DNA of 64,000 nt from Callorhinchus milii (lineage: Eukaryota). Position 1 is the stretch's first letter. Every line of letters starts with the position of its first letter. The DNA lies in NCBI RefSeq assembly GCF_018977255.1, contig NW_024704746.1:4154001-4218000 (forward strand), written 5' to 3'. The translations under genes and the position numbers were made by a program. The notes below the pieces were generated by a model that was given only the letters and a program-made list of their open reading frames with translations, had not been told where the DNA came from and ran no database searches. Positions 1-12,100 of this stretch are shown piece after piece.

Positions 1-310
1 CGACACACACACACAGCGAGTCTCACATACAGTGACACACACAGCAAGTCTCACACACAGTGAGTCACACACACAGCGAGTCTCACATACAGTGACACAC
101 ACACAGTGAGTCTCACACACAGTGAGTCTCACACACAGTGAGTCTCACACACAGTGAGTCTCACACACAGCAAGTCTCACACACAGTGACACAGACACAG
201 TGAGTCTCACATACAGTGACACATGCAGATCAAGTCTCGCACAGTGACACACACAAAATGAGTCTCACACAGTGAGTCTCAGACACAATCACACAAACAC
301 AGTCTCACAC
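1..310. repeat. Degenerate ~18-bp minisatellite (cacacagtgagtctcaca)
   Basis: Tandem units directly visible. Confidence 0.85.
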
Positions 311-770
311 ACGCAGCCTCACACACAGGGACTGTTGGGAGTTGGGTGTGAAGTGGAAAGGATGGGAATGAATGGAGGCACAGAGCCAACGTCCCGCCCG
401 CCTCTGGCTGTGGCTGATGAGCAGATTGAGATCAGGTGGTGGAACCATCTGATCACCTGCTCACTGAGCGGTGCCGTGTGCACTTACTGACTCAGCGCTT
501 TCCTTGCTCAGACGCTCATTCTCACCTCTGACTCAGGAGGCTCTGAGCTGACAGTCTGGGCTAAAGCTCCATCCCAGTGCTGGGGGGGTGGGGGGAGAGA
601 GCAGCAGTGCTAAGACCCGTTCTGGCTTCCCCCACCTCCGCAACATAGCCCGTCTCAGCCACTACCTCTCCCATCAGGCTGTCGAGACCCTCATCCACTC
701 ATATGATTCGCTGTATGTGAGACTCAGGTGTGTGTGATACTGTGTGTGTGTCCCACTATGTGTGTATGTG

Positions 771-1120
771 GAGTCCTGTAGCTCAGTGGTTAGAGCACAT
801 GCCTCGCAAGTGAGCGAGCTGGGTTTGATTCCCAGCAGGGCGAAATGTTGGGCGAGTTTCCTTACCCCACACGCCTCTGTTGACCCAGCAGTAAGTGGGA
901 ACCCAGTTGTTAGTCGATTTGCGGGATGCTTTTTAATTCCTTCAAAAAAAAAATTGGTCGCTTCAATTCACGACTGTTTGTGGGACACTGCTGTGCTCAA
1001 TTGGCTGTCATGATTCGCCCACAAAATATACAGTCAAAATATACACTTTACAGTAGATTCTGTGAAGCGCTTTGGGACGCCTCGAAGATGTGATAAGGTG
1101 CTATATCAAATGCACGGATT
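771..1120 (+). mobile_element. tRNA-derived SINE, full-length long form
   Basis: A box TAGCTCAGTGG, B-box-like GTTTGATTCC, core gggacactgctgtgctcaattggctg, LINE-like tail gtgaagcgctttgggacg..tatatcaaatgca. Many related copies in the window. Confidence 0.85.
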
Positions 1121-3934
1121 GTGTGTCTCACCCTTCATTACGTCCAGGCTTGACTAGGCTAACTCTCTGCTTGTTGTTGTTCCTTACTCTTCCCGCCACA
1201 AGCTGCATATTATTCAGAACTCTGCAGCTCGTGTCCTCTCCCGCATAAACTCCGTGACCCAATCATCCCCATCCTCGCCCAGCTTCGCTGGCTCCCCATC
1301 CTTCAGAAGATCAAGTTCAAGATCCTCGTTCTCACCTTTACATCCCTTCAAGGCCTGTCTCAAGACCCTCCTCTTTGACCGTTGCCTTCGGTCATCTTCC
1401 TACCCTCATCCCTCTTGCCCTCCACCTCTCTTGATTCCAACCCACAGCTCAGGTGCAAAACCCTTCACTGTCTAGTGCCTTGGGACATCCTCCCAACATG
1501 AAAGGCTCTGTGTAAATGCAATTTTTTTGTTGGTGTTGTCTGTAGCCCGTGCTGTTGCTGACCTGGTGTTAAAGAGACATGCCATGTCCAGGAGTGGGGT
1601 CCGGTATTACGTCAATCTCTAAAAGGGAATGAATGTGGGTCCCACCAGCATGGGCAGAGTGACCGAACCTGTGTGTGTGTGTCTGAGAGCGGATTAGTTA
1701 CAGAGAGAAAGAAAGAAAGAAAGAAACAAGAGTTGATTTGGGAGATTGATGCTATCGGCAGGTAAACTGATAGGAATGATTTCAAACTGCAAGCTGGTCA
1801 CACGTGAATAAGTGTGTAGAGAGTGTGTTTATCCTTGAAATTAGCCAGGCATTAACACATAGACAGTCTGATTAACAGCAGATTTCAGATTTATCAACAG
1901 CCGGGCAGGTCTGGATGTGAGGAGCCAGTTTCAGTGGGAGCTCTTTCTCTCTCACTTTCTCTGTCACTCTTCATCTCCACCTCTCTCTGTCACTCTCTCA
2001 AACGCTTTCTCTCACCACACACACTCTCTCACACTCTCTCTCTCACTCTGTGACTCACTCACTCTCTGTCGCTCTCAATCTCTGTCTCTCTCTCTCTCTC
2101 ACTTTCATTCTCTCCATCTTTTGGGACCTTCTCAAACACTTTCTCCCAATCCCCCATTTCTTACACACTATCACTCTCTCGCTCTCACACTCCCTCGCCC
2201 TCTCTTTCACACAATCACTCACACAGACATTCTCAATCCTCTGTATCATACGCTCTCACACTCTGCGCCCTTTGTTATGTCTGCCGTCTGATGAGATTCT
2301 CTGTTAGTACTTAGTCAGTAACGGGAGCAGGGAAGTGTGTGTTTGTCTTTCAGATTGACAATTAATCCCGGACGAACTCCTTCCAATTCCCGGCTGGCCG
2401 GCCAGCTGGACCCCTGATCCCCTCCCTTGGGCCGAGCAGTCGTAGCCGCTCAGTGATAGATCAGAGGCTGGAATTCTGGGCAGTCTCAGCCCTGAGACCG
2501 TTTAGATTGTGTTTGGATTATCTTCCTGAACTGCCTCCAAGGTGAAACGCAGTGTTGGAATCGAGCCAGCCCTCGATGGCGGTCTTGGCAGTGCAGTTCC
2601 TGAGCCAGGCAGGTCTACAATACTCCAGCGCAAGGTTGATGACAGCCCAGTCCAGCCTGGTTTCTCGGCAGGACCTGGGAGAGGCAGACAAGTCACTGAA
2701 GGCAGGGAGGGGGAGATCGGCGCTGGGTGTGGGGCAGGCACTGGGCAGTGCGCTGTCTTCACTATAATAATAATCCTTTGCTTTTGATACAGCACTTTAT
2801 CACGTCGTTCAGACGTCCCAAAGCGCTTCACAGAATATACCGTAAAGTGTACTGGCTTGGTATTTTGTGGGCAAAACGCGGCAACCAACTGCGCACAGCA
2901 GCGTCCCACAAACAGTCGAGGTTGTGAGAATGTGGAATGATTTAATCAATCACTCTTTGATTAAACAGGAATCCCCCCCCCCCCCACCCCCCAGGTCAGG
3001 GCAGGCTTATCCCAGTCTCTGATACAAACAGACTCAGAGGAAGTAAAGAGCTTACATCATTACAGCACCATGACCATGTTTTACACTCACAATCACACTG
3101 GCAGGCAATACAGGCAGTCACCTCGTCACACAGCAAGACACCTCACACAGAGACACAGACACAAGAGAAAGACACATACACATACAGATAGAGACACACA
3201 GAGAGATAGACAGACCGACAGTGAGACACACACAAAAAGTAAGATAGAAACAGACATACACAGACAAAGAGAAACACACAGACAGTGAAAGAGAAACACA
3301 AACAGAGAGAACACACACACAGATAAACACACAAGCAGTGAGAGAGACACACACACACCAGACACACACACACAAAGACAGTGAGACACATAGACACACA
3401 CACACACAGTGAGACACACACAAGGGCACACACACAGACAGAGTATGAGAAGGACATATACACAGAGGCTGTAAGAGTCTGTCCTCATTCCCTCATGTTA
3501 TTTCTTTAACTAAATTCAGTGTAAGCTATTATTATTATTATTATTATTATTATTATGCGGTTATCATGGTGGCTGTAATTTCACTAGCTGCCCACTGGGG
3601 GGAGACACGAAACGACGCTGCACGGGCTCATTCCCCTTTTCCTCCTCTCTCTCGTCTCACCTCATTCCGACTCTCTCTCTCTTACCTCACTCTGTCTCCT
3701 TCTGTCTCTCTCTTTCTCTCTCTTCCCTCACCCTCTCTTCCCCTCCTTGTCTCGCTCACTTGCTCTGTAAAGTGCAGAGACCACGTGTTACGTGGGCGAA
3801 GGCAATAGCCAATTTGCACACAGCAACGTCCTGCAAACAGCCATGAAGTCAGCGAGCGATTGTCGGTCAGGACACCAAGACAGAGAAACTCCCTTCTCTT
3901 TCCAAAAAGCGCAGCGGGATCTTTAACTTCCACC

Positions 3935-5010
3935 CAGTGACTGAGCCACAGACTGACACGCAGTGACTGAGCCACAGACTGACACGCAGTGACTGAGCCA
4001 CAGGGAGAGACTGAGCCACAGACTGACACGCAGTGACTGAGCCACAGGGAGAGACTGAGCCACAGGCTGACACACAGTGACTGAGCCACAGGGAGAGACT
4101 GAGCCACAGACTGACACACAGTGACTGAGCCACAGGGAGACTGAGCCACAGACTGACACGCAGTGACTGAGCCACAGGGAGAGCCTGAGCCACAGACTGA
4201 CACGCAGTGACTGAGCCACAGGGAGAGACTGAGCCACAGGCTGACACACAGTGACTGAGCCACAGGGAGAGACTGAGCCACAGGCTGACACACAGTGACT
4301 GAGCCACAGGGAGAGCCTGAGCCACAGACTGACACGCAGTGACTGAGCCACAGGGAGAGACTGAGCCACAGACTGACACACAGTGACTGAGCCACAGGGA
4401 GAGACTGAGCCACAGACTGACACGCAGTGACTGAGCCACAGGGAGAGCCTGAGCCACAGACTGACACACAGTGACTGAGCCACAGGGAGAGCCTGAGCCA
4501 CAGACTGACACGCAGTGACTGAGCCACAGGGAGAGACTGAGCCACAGACTGACACACAGTGACTGAGCCACAGGGAGAGACTGAGCCACAGACTGACACG
4601 CAGTGACTGAGCCACAGGGAGAGACTGAGCCACAGGGAGAGACTGAGCCACAGACTGACACACAGTGACTGAGCCACAGGGAGAGACTGAGCCACAGGCA
4701 GAGACTGAGCCACAGACTGACACGCAGTGACTGAGCCACAGGGAGAGACTGAGCCACAGACTGACACACAGTGACTGAGCCACAGGCTGACACACAGTGA
4801 CTGAGCCACAGGCTGACACACAGTGACTGAGCCACAGGCTGACACACAGTGACTGAGCCACAGGCTGACACACAGTGACTGAGCCACAGGCTGACACACA
4901 GCGACTGAACCACAGGCAGTGACTGAGCCACAGGCTGACACGCAGTGACTGAGCCACAGGCTGACACGCAGTGACTGAGCCACAGGCAGAGACTGAGCCA
5001 CCGACTGACA
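3935..5010. repeat. Minisatellite of interleaved 26-bp (cagtgactgagccacagactgacacr) and 18-bp (gggagagactgagccaca) units
   Basis: Directly visible; explains the three overlapping repetitive ORFs of 368-443 aa. Confidence 0.95.
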
Positions 5011-5069
5011 CAAACATGCTGTTGGTCAAGGCCAGTAATGCAGGTGCTCATGACCCTCGGCTGATGAAC

Positions 5070-5086
5070 TTTAATAATCCTTTAAT
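5070..5086 (-). terminator. Two ATTAAA candidate poly(A) signals for GLIS1
   Basis: tttaat at 5070-5075 and 5081-5086, about 1 kb past the stop codon, in AT-rich context. Confidence 0.45.
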
Positions 5087-5324
5087 TACAGAAAAATAAT
5101 TATATAAAATTACAGGAACGTCATACACAGACCATTCGGCAATCCAAGTCACCGCAAGGTGCGTCAGGCAGTGTCAGTGTCAGTCACTCCCTGACTGAGG
5201 ACCAGCCCTGCAAACATTAGCAAAGGTCAAGACCGGGGGGGGGGGGGGGGGGAGGATGTCGCTGTCGCTTGTGTGATCCAGGAGGCTGCCAGGTGTGTAA
5301 GCCAGATGTGTGAGGCAGTTGTGT

Positions 5325-6120
5325 GAGCCAGTCAGGTGTGTGAGATGGGTGTGCCAGCCAGTCAGGTGTGCCAGCCAGTCAGGTGTGCCAGCCACTTAGG
5401 TGTGCCAGCCTGTCAGGTGTGCCAGCCTGTCAGGTGTGCCAGCCTGTCAGGTGTGCCAGCCTGTCAGGTGTGCCAGCATGTCAGGTGTGCCAGCCACTTA
5501 GGTGTGCCAGCCTGTCAGGTGTGCCAGCCTGTCAGGTATGCCAGCCTGTCAGGTGTGCCAGCCTGTCAGGTGTGTCAGCCTGTCAGGTGTGCCAGCCTGT
5601 CAGGTGTGCCAGCCTGTCAGGTGTGCCAGCCTGTCAGGTGTGCCAGCCTGTCAGGTGTGCCAGCCTGTCAGGTGTGTCAGCCTGTCAGGTGTGTCGGGCA
5701 GTCAGGTGTGCCAGCCAGTCAGGTGTGCCAGCCTGTCAGGTGTGCCAGCCTGTCAGGTGTGTCGGGCAGTCAGGTGTGCCAGCCAGTCAGGTGTGCCAGC
5801 CTGTCAGGTGTGCCGGGCAGTCAGGTGTGTCGGGCAGTCAGGTATGTTGGGCAGTCAGGTCTGTGAGTCAGTCAGGTGTGCCAGCCTGTCAGGTGTGCCG
5901 GGCAGTCAGGTGTGTCGGGCAGTCAGGTATGTTGGGCAGTCAGGTCTGTGAGTCAGTCAGGTGTGCCAGCCTGTCAGGTGTGCCGGGCAGTCAGGTGTGT
6001 CGGGCAGTCAGGTGTGCCGGGCAGTCAGGTGTGTCGGGCAGTCAGGTGTGTCGGGCAGTCAGGTGTGCCAGCCAGTCAGGTGTGCCAGCCAGTCAGGTGT
6101 GCCAGCCAGTCAGGTGTGTG
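5325..6120. repeat. 17-bp minisatellite (gccagcctgtcaggtgt) in the GLIS1 3' UTR
   Basis: Tandem units with blocks of variants; overlaps the GLIS1 stop codon. Confidence 0.95.
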
Positions 6121-9100
6121 AGTACACTGAGGAGAGATGGCTGAAGCAGTGATGGTGGGCACTGATGTGGTAGAGGCTGTTCTCCTCGTGTCCGTTCCAC
6201 AGCCCGTCTCCGAACCCGAGCTGGGATTCCTGAGCAGCTGGAAGCCTGAGGGCAGAATAGCAAACGTGAAGGTCACCAGCCTGGAATTCACCCCGGCCTC
6301 AGCTCTCAGAACGCTGCGTCCTAAGCGAGCGCAGGTTTGTAAAGGTGCTGGGGGTGGGTGGGGGGGGGGTGTTACCTGGGAGGCCAGCCTGTGAGGTGAG
6401 GGGCGGGTAGTCGCGGTGAGGACCGTGGCCGGTGTCCTCGGCTGAGAGATGTGTGACCGACGGCTCCACCACACGGCAGCAATTGGTGAACTGCAGGGTG
6501 TCTGGCTCAGAGTGGAAACTGCCTTGGTAACCTGCCGGCATTGAGACAGTCACTACAACAACAACAGCAACAACTTGCATGTACACAGTGCCCCTCATGC
6601 AGAGTCGCGTGCTAGAGCACTAGATAGTGGTGGAGCATGGCGCCAAGCCGGGGGAGTGGGGGGGGGGAGGTGACTGTAGGCACGATAAGGTTATATTTGT
6701 AATGCTTCCTGTCCTTAAGCTTAGAATCTGTTTAGTACAGCATTCCTTAGATACTGGAGAATGAACTAATTTAGGCCTTCTGAGAGGGCACACGTGCTAA
6801 TTGGCAGTAGCAAAGGTAAAGATATATTGAAGATTGTTGGAGATGTCCTCCATAACAAATTCACGTTCCATAACCATCATGTTTTAATCAAGTATTGTGT
6901 TAATGATGAGGTAGTTGAAGGTGTTCTCTGTAACAGATTCAAGTTTGGGTTGAAGATGTTCTCTATAACAACTCTGCAGATTATATTTCATGATTGCGAC
7001 TAAGATGACAGAATCCTGTAACAAAAAAATCAGCTGTCCATATATATCTCTCGCTCTCTCTCTCTGCAAAGCAGCCTGTTCAAGGTCACTAGCAGCCGGC
7101 GAAGGGTGGGGGCTATCTCTGTGACAATGGGAGATGGAGTTAGAAACCCAGAAAAGAAAGACGTAAGTTTGGAATAGTTGGAATTATCATAGGAGGAACA
7201 GTTTGGAACAGCTGGTGGTCAGCAACTTTCCGCAACGGAATCGGATAATATTGGTTTTGTTGATTCTTACTGCTGTAACTTAACAATATAGTAATTGTAT
7301 GTGTTGAAGCATCAACCTTTGAATTATTTATGATAATAAAGGATCTGTAAACTACACCACCTGTCGAAGAGGAAGGTCTTCAGGCACGGTCTGTAGATGG
7401 GGAAGGAAGGAGCAAGGCGGAGGGAAGAGTGTTCCAGAGTTTCGGGGCTTAGTGGCTGAAAGCACGGCCGCCCATGGTGGAACGGAGGGCACAAGGGTTA
7501 AGCTGGAGGCCGGAGCCAGTCGAGCGGAGGCAACGGCTGGGGGTTGGGGGGGGGTAAGCAGGTTGGAGAGGTGGGGAGGTGTCAGGGCATGAAGGAATTT
7601 GAAATGTGTGTGAGGATCTTGAATTCGATCCTTTTGGCATTAGGGAACCAGTGGAGCCCGGCTAGGACTGGTGTTATGGGGGTACGGAGTTTAGTGTGTA
7701 TGTGGGCGGCAGAGTTTTGAATCAGCTGGATCCTGTGCTTTGGATCAGATGGAGCTGCGGAGAACGGAAAAGAGGACATTTGACAGTCACAACACCTCAT
7801 ACACAGTCACTATGCCTCACACAAAATAGTCACTACACCTCACAAACGATCACTACACACCACACACAAGTCACCACACCTCACACTCAATCAGTCAGTC
7901 AGTAAGGGAGGGAGCGAGGGATCAGTACCTGTGTGGCCTGGTTGTAGTTGGTTGTTGAGGAGAGGGTAGGGTTTGCTCTGTGCGGTGCTGATTGAGGGGG
8001 CAGTGAGCAGCTTCCCCGGCCTCAGTGGGGTTCCCAGCCTGCAAGCAAGGACAATTTAATCAGAATCAGTGTCCGTCCCCAATAACCATTAAACACGGGT
8101 GTGGTGGGTCACTAGGAGCTTGGGGGGGTGCGGGGGAAGAGGCTAAAAGCGAAGTGGAAGAGATCAGGTATCACAGGTGGTGGAGAGTGGACAAGGAGAG
8201 CGATGGTGGTGGTGGGTGGGGTGGAGATGGCTGTGACTGTCTGTTCCCGTAACCGGTGTCAGACGCCGTCACTGTCAAGCGCTCTGGGACGCTACCCCAC
8301 ATGGGCGCTATATTAATGCAAGTTGTTGTTGACTGACTGACCCCTCTGGGGCCATGTGGCTGATTAGATAAACTGGGTTTGTTCACCCCTGGAGAAGAGA
8401 AGGCTGAGGGGCAATATGATTGCAGTCTTTAAGATTGTGAAGGGACTGGATAAGTTGTTTTATCTCGTGCTGAACAGAAGAAACCAGAGAATATAGCTTG
8501 CGATTGAATGGGGTAAATTCAGAACAATTTTTGGAAACACTACCTCAGTGAGCGAGTGGTAAAGTTATGGAATAGGCTCCCGAGGGAGATAGTGGAAGCA
8601 GAAAATGTCATTTGTTTCAAGAACAAATGAGATAGATTTCTGCGAGAAAATAATATCTGGGGTCATTATCTGCTGTCTGTCTGTCCAGCGCCTTAGGACG
8701 TCCTCCCGACGTGAAAAGCGCTATACAAATGTAATTTTGTTGTTGTTGTTGTTGAGACAGTATACAGTTTGAGACATGACCTGTCGAGTGACTGCCAGGA
8801 TGGTGGAAGGCAAACTCGATAGACCTTGGTCTTCTTTCGTCAAGCAAATTCTTGAGTTCTTGTGACCCCCGGGACAATGTTACTTACCCCCGCTGTGACC
8901 CTAGCTGACTCTGGGGTCTGTGACACTCTGTGTCCAGGGCGTGTTGGCCAGCGAGCGGGGCTGGGCCGAGCGAGGAGCAAACGTACATCCCTGAACATGC
9001 AGAAAATACAACAGTTTGTCACAGGCAAACACCCCAACAGGCAGAACCTCCCTTCCTCCCCCATTGACACCTGGCACAAGAGAGAGGCACGAGCTGCATT

Positions 9101-12100
9101 GGGGAGTGACCATAGCCCTCTGGGCAGTGGGAGGGAGGAGGTCTCGCTGGGACAGTGTGGCCCTGGAGGGCGGGGGGGGGGGGGAACCTGGAGACATTGG
9201 TGGTAAATCTAAAGCCTGTTGACGGCTGACTGGCCTGTTGGCTGCACATTATTCTCACGGGCAGTACTCACTGGGTCTGAGCACAATTTTAGAGTAAAAC
9301 CATCTCATGGCTGAGATTGGGTGGCATTCAGTGCCAAATGCCATTTTCCAATCACATGAGGCAATCTTGCCTTTCATGTGTCTCCATGCCCTGCCCTCCT
9401 TACCACCCCCTCCGGTCCATATTCCCCCCATCCCCACCTTCCTGCCCTCCATTAACCCCCCCCACCTCCCTGCCCTCCATACTCTCTCCATCCCTGCTCA
9501 GCAGGGTACGTACCTGTGTAAACGTGGCACTCGCCCAGGCCGGGGGCTGTGGTGGTGGGGTGCCCGGGGCCTGGGCTCATACAGTCGGGGGCAGAGTCTA
9601 CCTCCAGCTCCAAGCCTGATCGCAGCTGTACATGAGACAACGCAAACTGGTGACTTTCCTGACGATAAATCAGCCCATCGCTGTCCCCGTCCCAGCACAA
9701 AGTCAGACGCAACACGGAAAACACACACCCAACACGGAAGCACATACGCAACACGAAAACACACACGCAACATGGAAACACACACACCCAACACGGAAAC
9801 ACACACGCAACAATCCCCACTCGTGACACGGCGCGTTATCACGTTGTCTAGACATGTGTGAGTATGGCCGGTTCCTCACCTTCCTCCGCGCTGGCAGCTG
9901 TTGTGCCGAGTGAGCTTTGACGTGTTTGCGGAGGGAGCTCGGGTCCGTGTAGCGCTTTGTGCAGCCCGAGATCCGACACGCGTACGGCTTCTGTACAGAG
10001 AGGACAAAAGGGGTCACAGCCCAGCCCCCAGGGACCTGTTTATCAGCAGTGGGTCAGGGTTTGCCAGGTTTGGGGTCAGAAGTTGCCAGAGTGGGGCTAG
10101 AGTTTGGGTTGGGTGTCAAGCGCTGGCGGTGTTGTCGGAGGCCAGGGTTTGGGGTCTGGGACTGTTGTCGGGGATCGGGCGCATTGCTGGGGTTCGGGGT
10201 TGTAGGGCGTTGTTGTCGGGGGTCAGGTTGTTGCTGTGGATCAGGGTTGGGGTTGCTAGTGGGCTCGGGGCCACACGCCGCCTTGCCGGACTTGCCGTGT
10301 GGAGGTGAGTGCGCTGGTGTTTGGCTCGGTCGCTGGAGTTGCTGAAGGCCTTCAGGCATCCCGGCTGCTGGCACAGGTACGGCTTCTCCCCAGTGTGGCT
10401 CCGCAGGTGGATCTTCAGGTTCTCGAGCCGGGAGAACGCTTTACTGCAACCTTCAAACTGCAAATAAAAGCCTTTACAACAGCTGGGCACAATAATAATA
10501 ATAATCCTTGCATTTGATATAGCGCCACATCACGTCTTCTAGACGTCGCAAAGCACTTCGCAGAAGTTACTGTAAAGTGAATTGACTGTATATTTTGTGG
10601 GCGAAATGCAGCAGCCAATTGCGCACAACAGTGTCCCACAACAGTCGTGCGACCAAATTATTATTATTTATTTATTCTAATAATAATAATCCTTGCATTT
10701 CGATGTAGTGTTTTTCACGTCTTCTAGACGTCTCAAAGCTCGTCACAGAATATGCTGTAAAGTGAATTGACCATATAATTGTGGGCGAAACTCGGCAGCC
10801 AATTGCGCACAGCAGTGTCCCACAAACAGTCGTGGAGTGAAAATGACCAATTTTTTTTGGTTTTGGAGGGATTATTATTAGGCTCTGCGTGGAGTAAGGA
10901 AACTTGCCCAAGGTTTCGCCCTCTGCCTGGAATTGAACCCAGGTGTCTCGCTGCCAAGCGAGTGCTCTAACCACTGAGCTACAGGACTCTACATTTATTT
11001 TGTAGGAAAAATTATCCCTGGAAAAGCGATCCACCAATCAACTAACAACCGGGTTTCTACTTACTGCTAGGTATACAGGTGTGTGGAGTGAGGAAACTTG
11101 CCCAACGTTTCGCCCTGCCCGAGAATTGAACCCAGGTCATCTCGCTTGCGAGACGAGCGCTCTAACCGCTGAGCTACAGGGCTCCAATCGGGGGTCATGG
11201 AGCAATATAGGGCGCTCCGCATGGACCACAGTCTGCAACAGCTGCCAGTGCTCAGAGTGACTCCAGCATTCAATCCACCCATAGCTACCCGAGAGAGAGA
11301 GGGACAGAGAGAGAGTCTGAGCTCAGACAGGCATATAGAACAGGCTCCGTACATGAGACTTAAGTGAATGATGATACGGCGACAGATGGAAAATCTTAGA
11401 CTCCAGCAAGTGCTATTTTGTTTTTGTTGGTTACTGGTTTGTGAGCCAGCGAGGGGCGTCCCTCGGCTGGACTCCGCTCAACAAACAGCTGGAATGAGAC
11501 AGATCCTTACTCCACTGTCTCAGGACAGCTGGGTGTCTGACACGCGCGGAAACCCATCACCGCAATCAGCCGGCGGTTTGACACACACGGGTACTCCCCA
11601 GGCCAATAGAAAATTGCGGAAATATTTCCCCCCCAAAAATGCGGGGAATTTTGTCACGCTTTGGGGGAAAATTGCGGGGAGTTGATCGGTGCTATTGAGA
11701 GGCACATTTTACTGCGAACCTACATGTTTTCACTTTATTGTTGATTAAAAACTAAACATGAATAAATAACAGATCATAGATTGTTGCAGACAAAAAAAGT
11801 GCTTTTTTTTAAACAAAAACTGTGTGGCCCACTTGGGGGTGGTGGGGTGGGGTGGGGGAACACCAGTGCACGACTGAAGGGTCGAATGGTCCATTTCCAC
11901 CCACACTACACTTGAAGACCTGGAGATGCTCCGAACACTAGCATTGCTCACCCTGCTCGCCAGTGTCCTGACTGCGGGGCTCCAGGAGGTCACCAACTCC
12001 TGCCTCTTGGGACCCATCACCAAACACAAACTCCCAGAGAGACACACACACTCACACAATCACTGACACAGAGAGAGAGAGACACACACACTCACACAAT

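Noticed and set aside
2350-2680. Unique-looking block with a minus-strand acceptor, considered as a DMRTB1 or other exon
   Set aside because: No recognisable peptide in any frame and no partner exons; could still be a lncRNA exon or enhancer.
3935-6120. CRISPR-like appearance of regular repeats
   Set aside because: No unique spacers and no cas genes; eukaryotic context.
3682-6144. Long ORFs (149-443 aa) with repetitive Cys/Val/Ser peptides
   Set aside because: Translations of two minisatellites, open in several frames at once.
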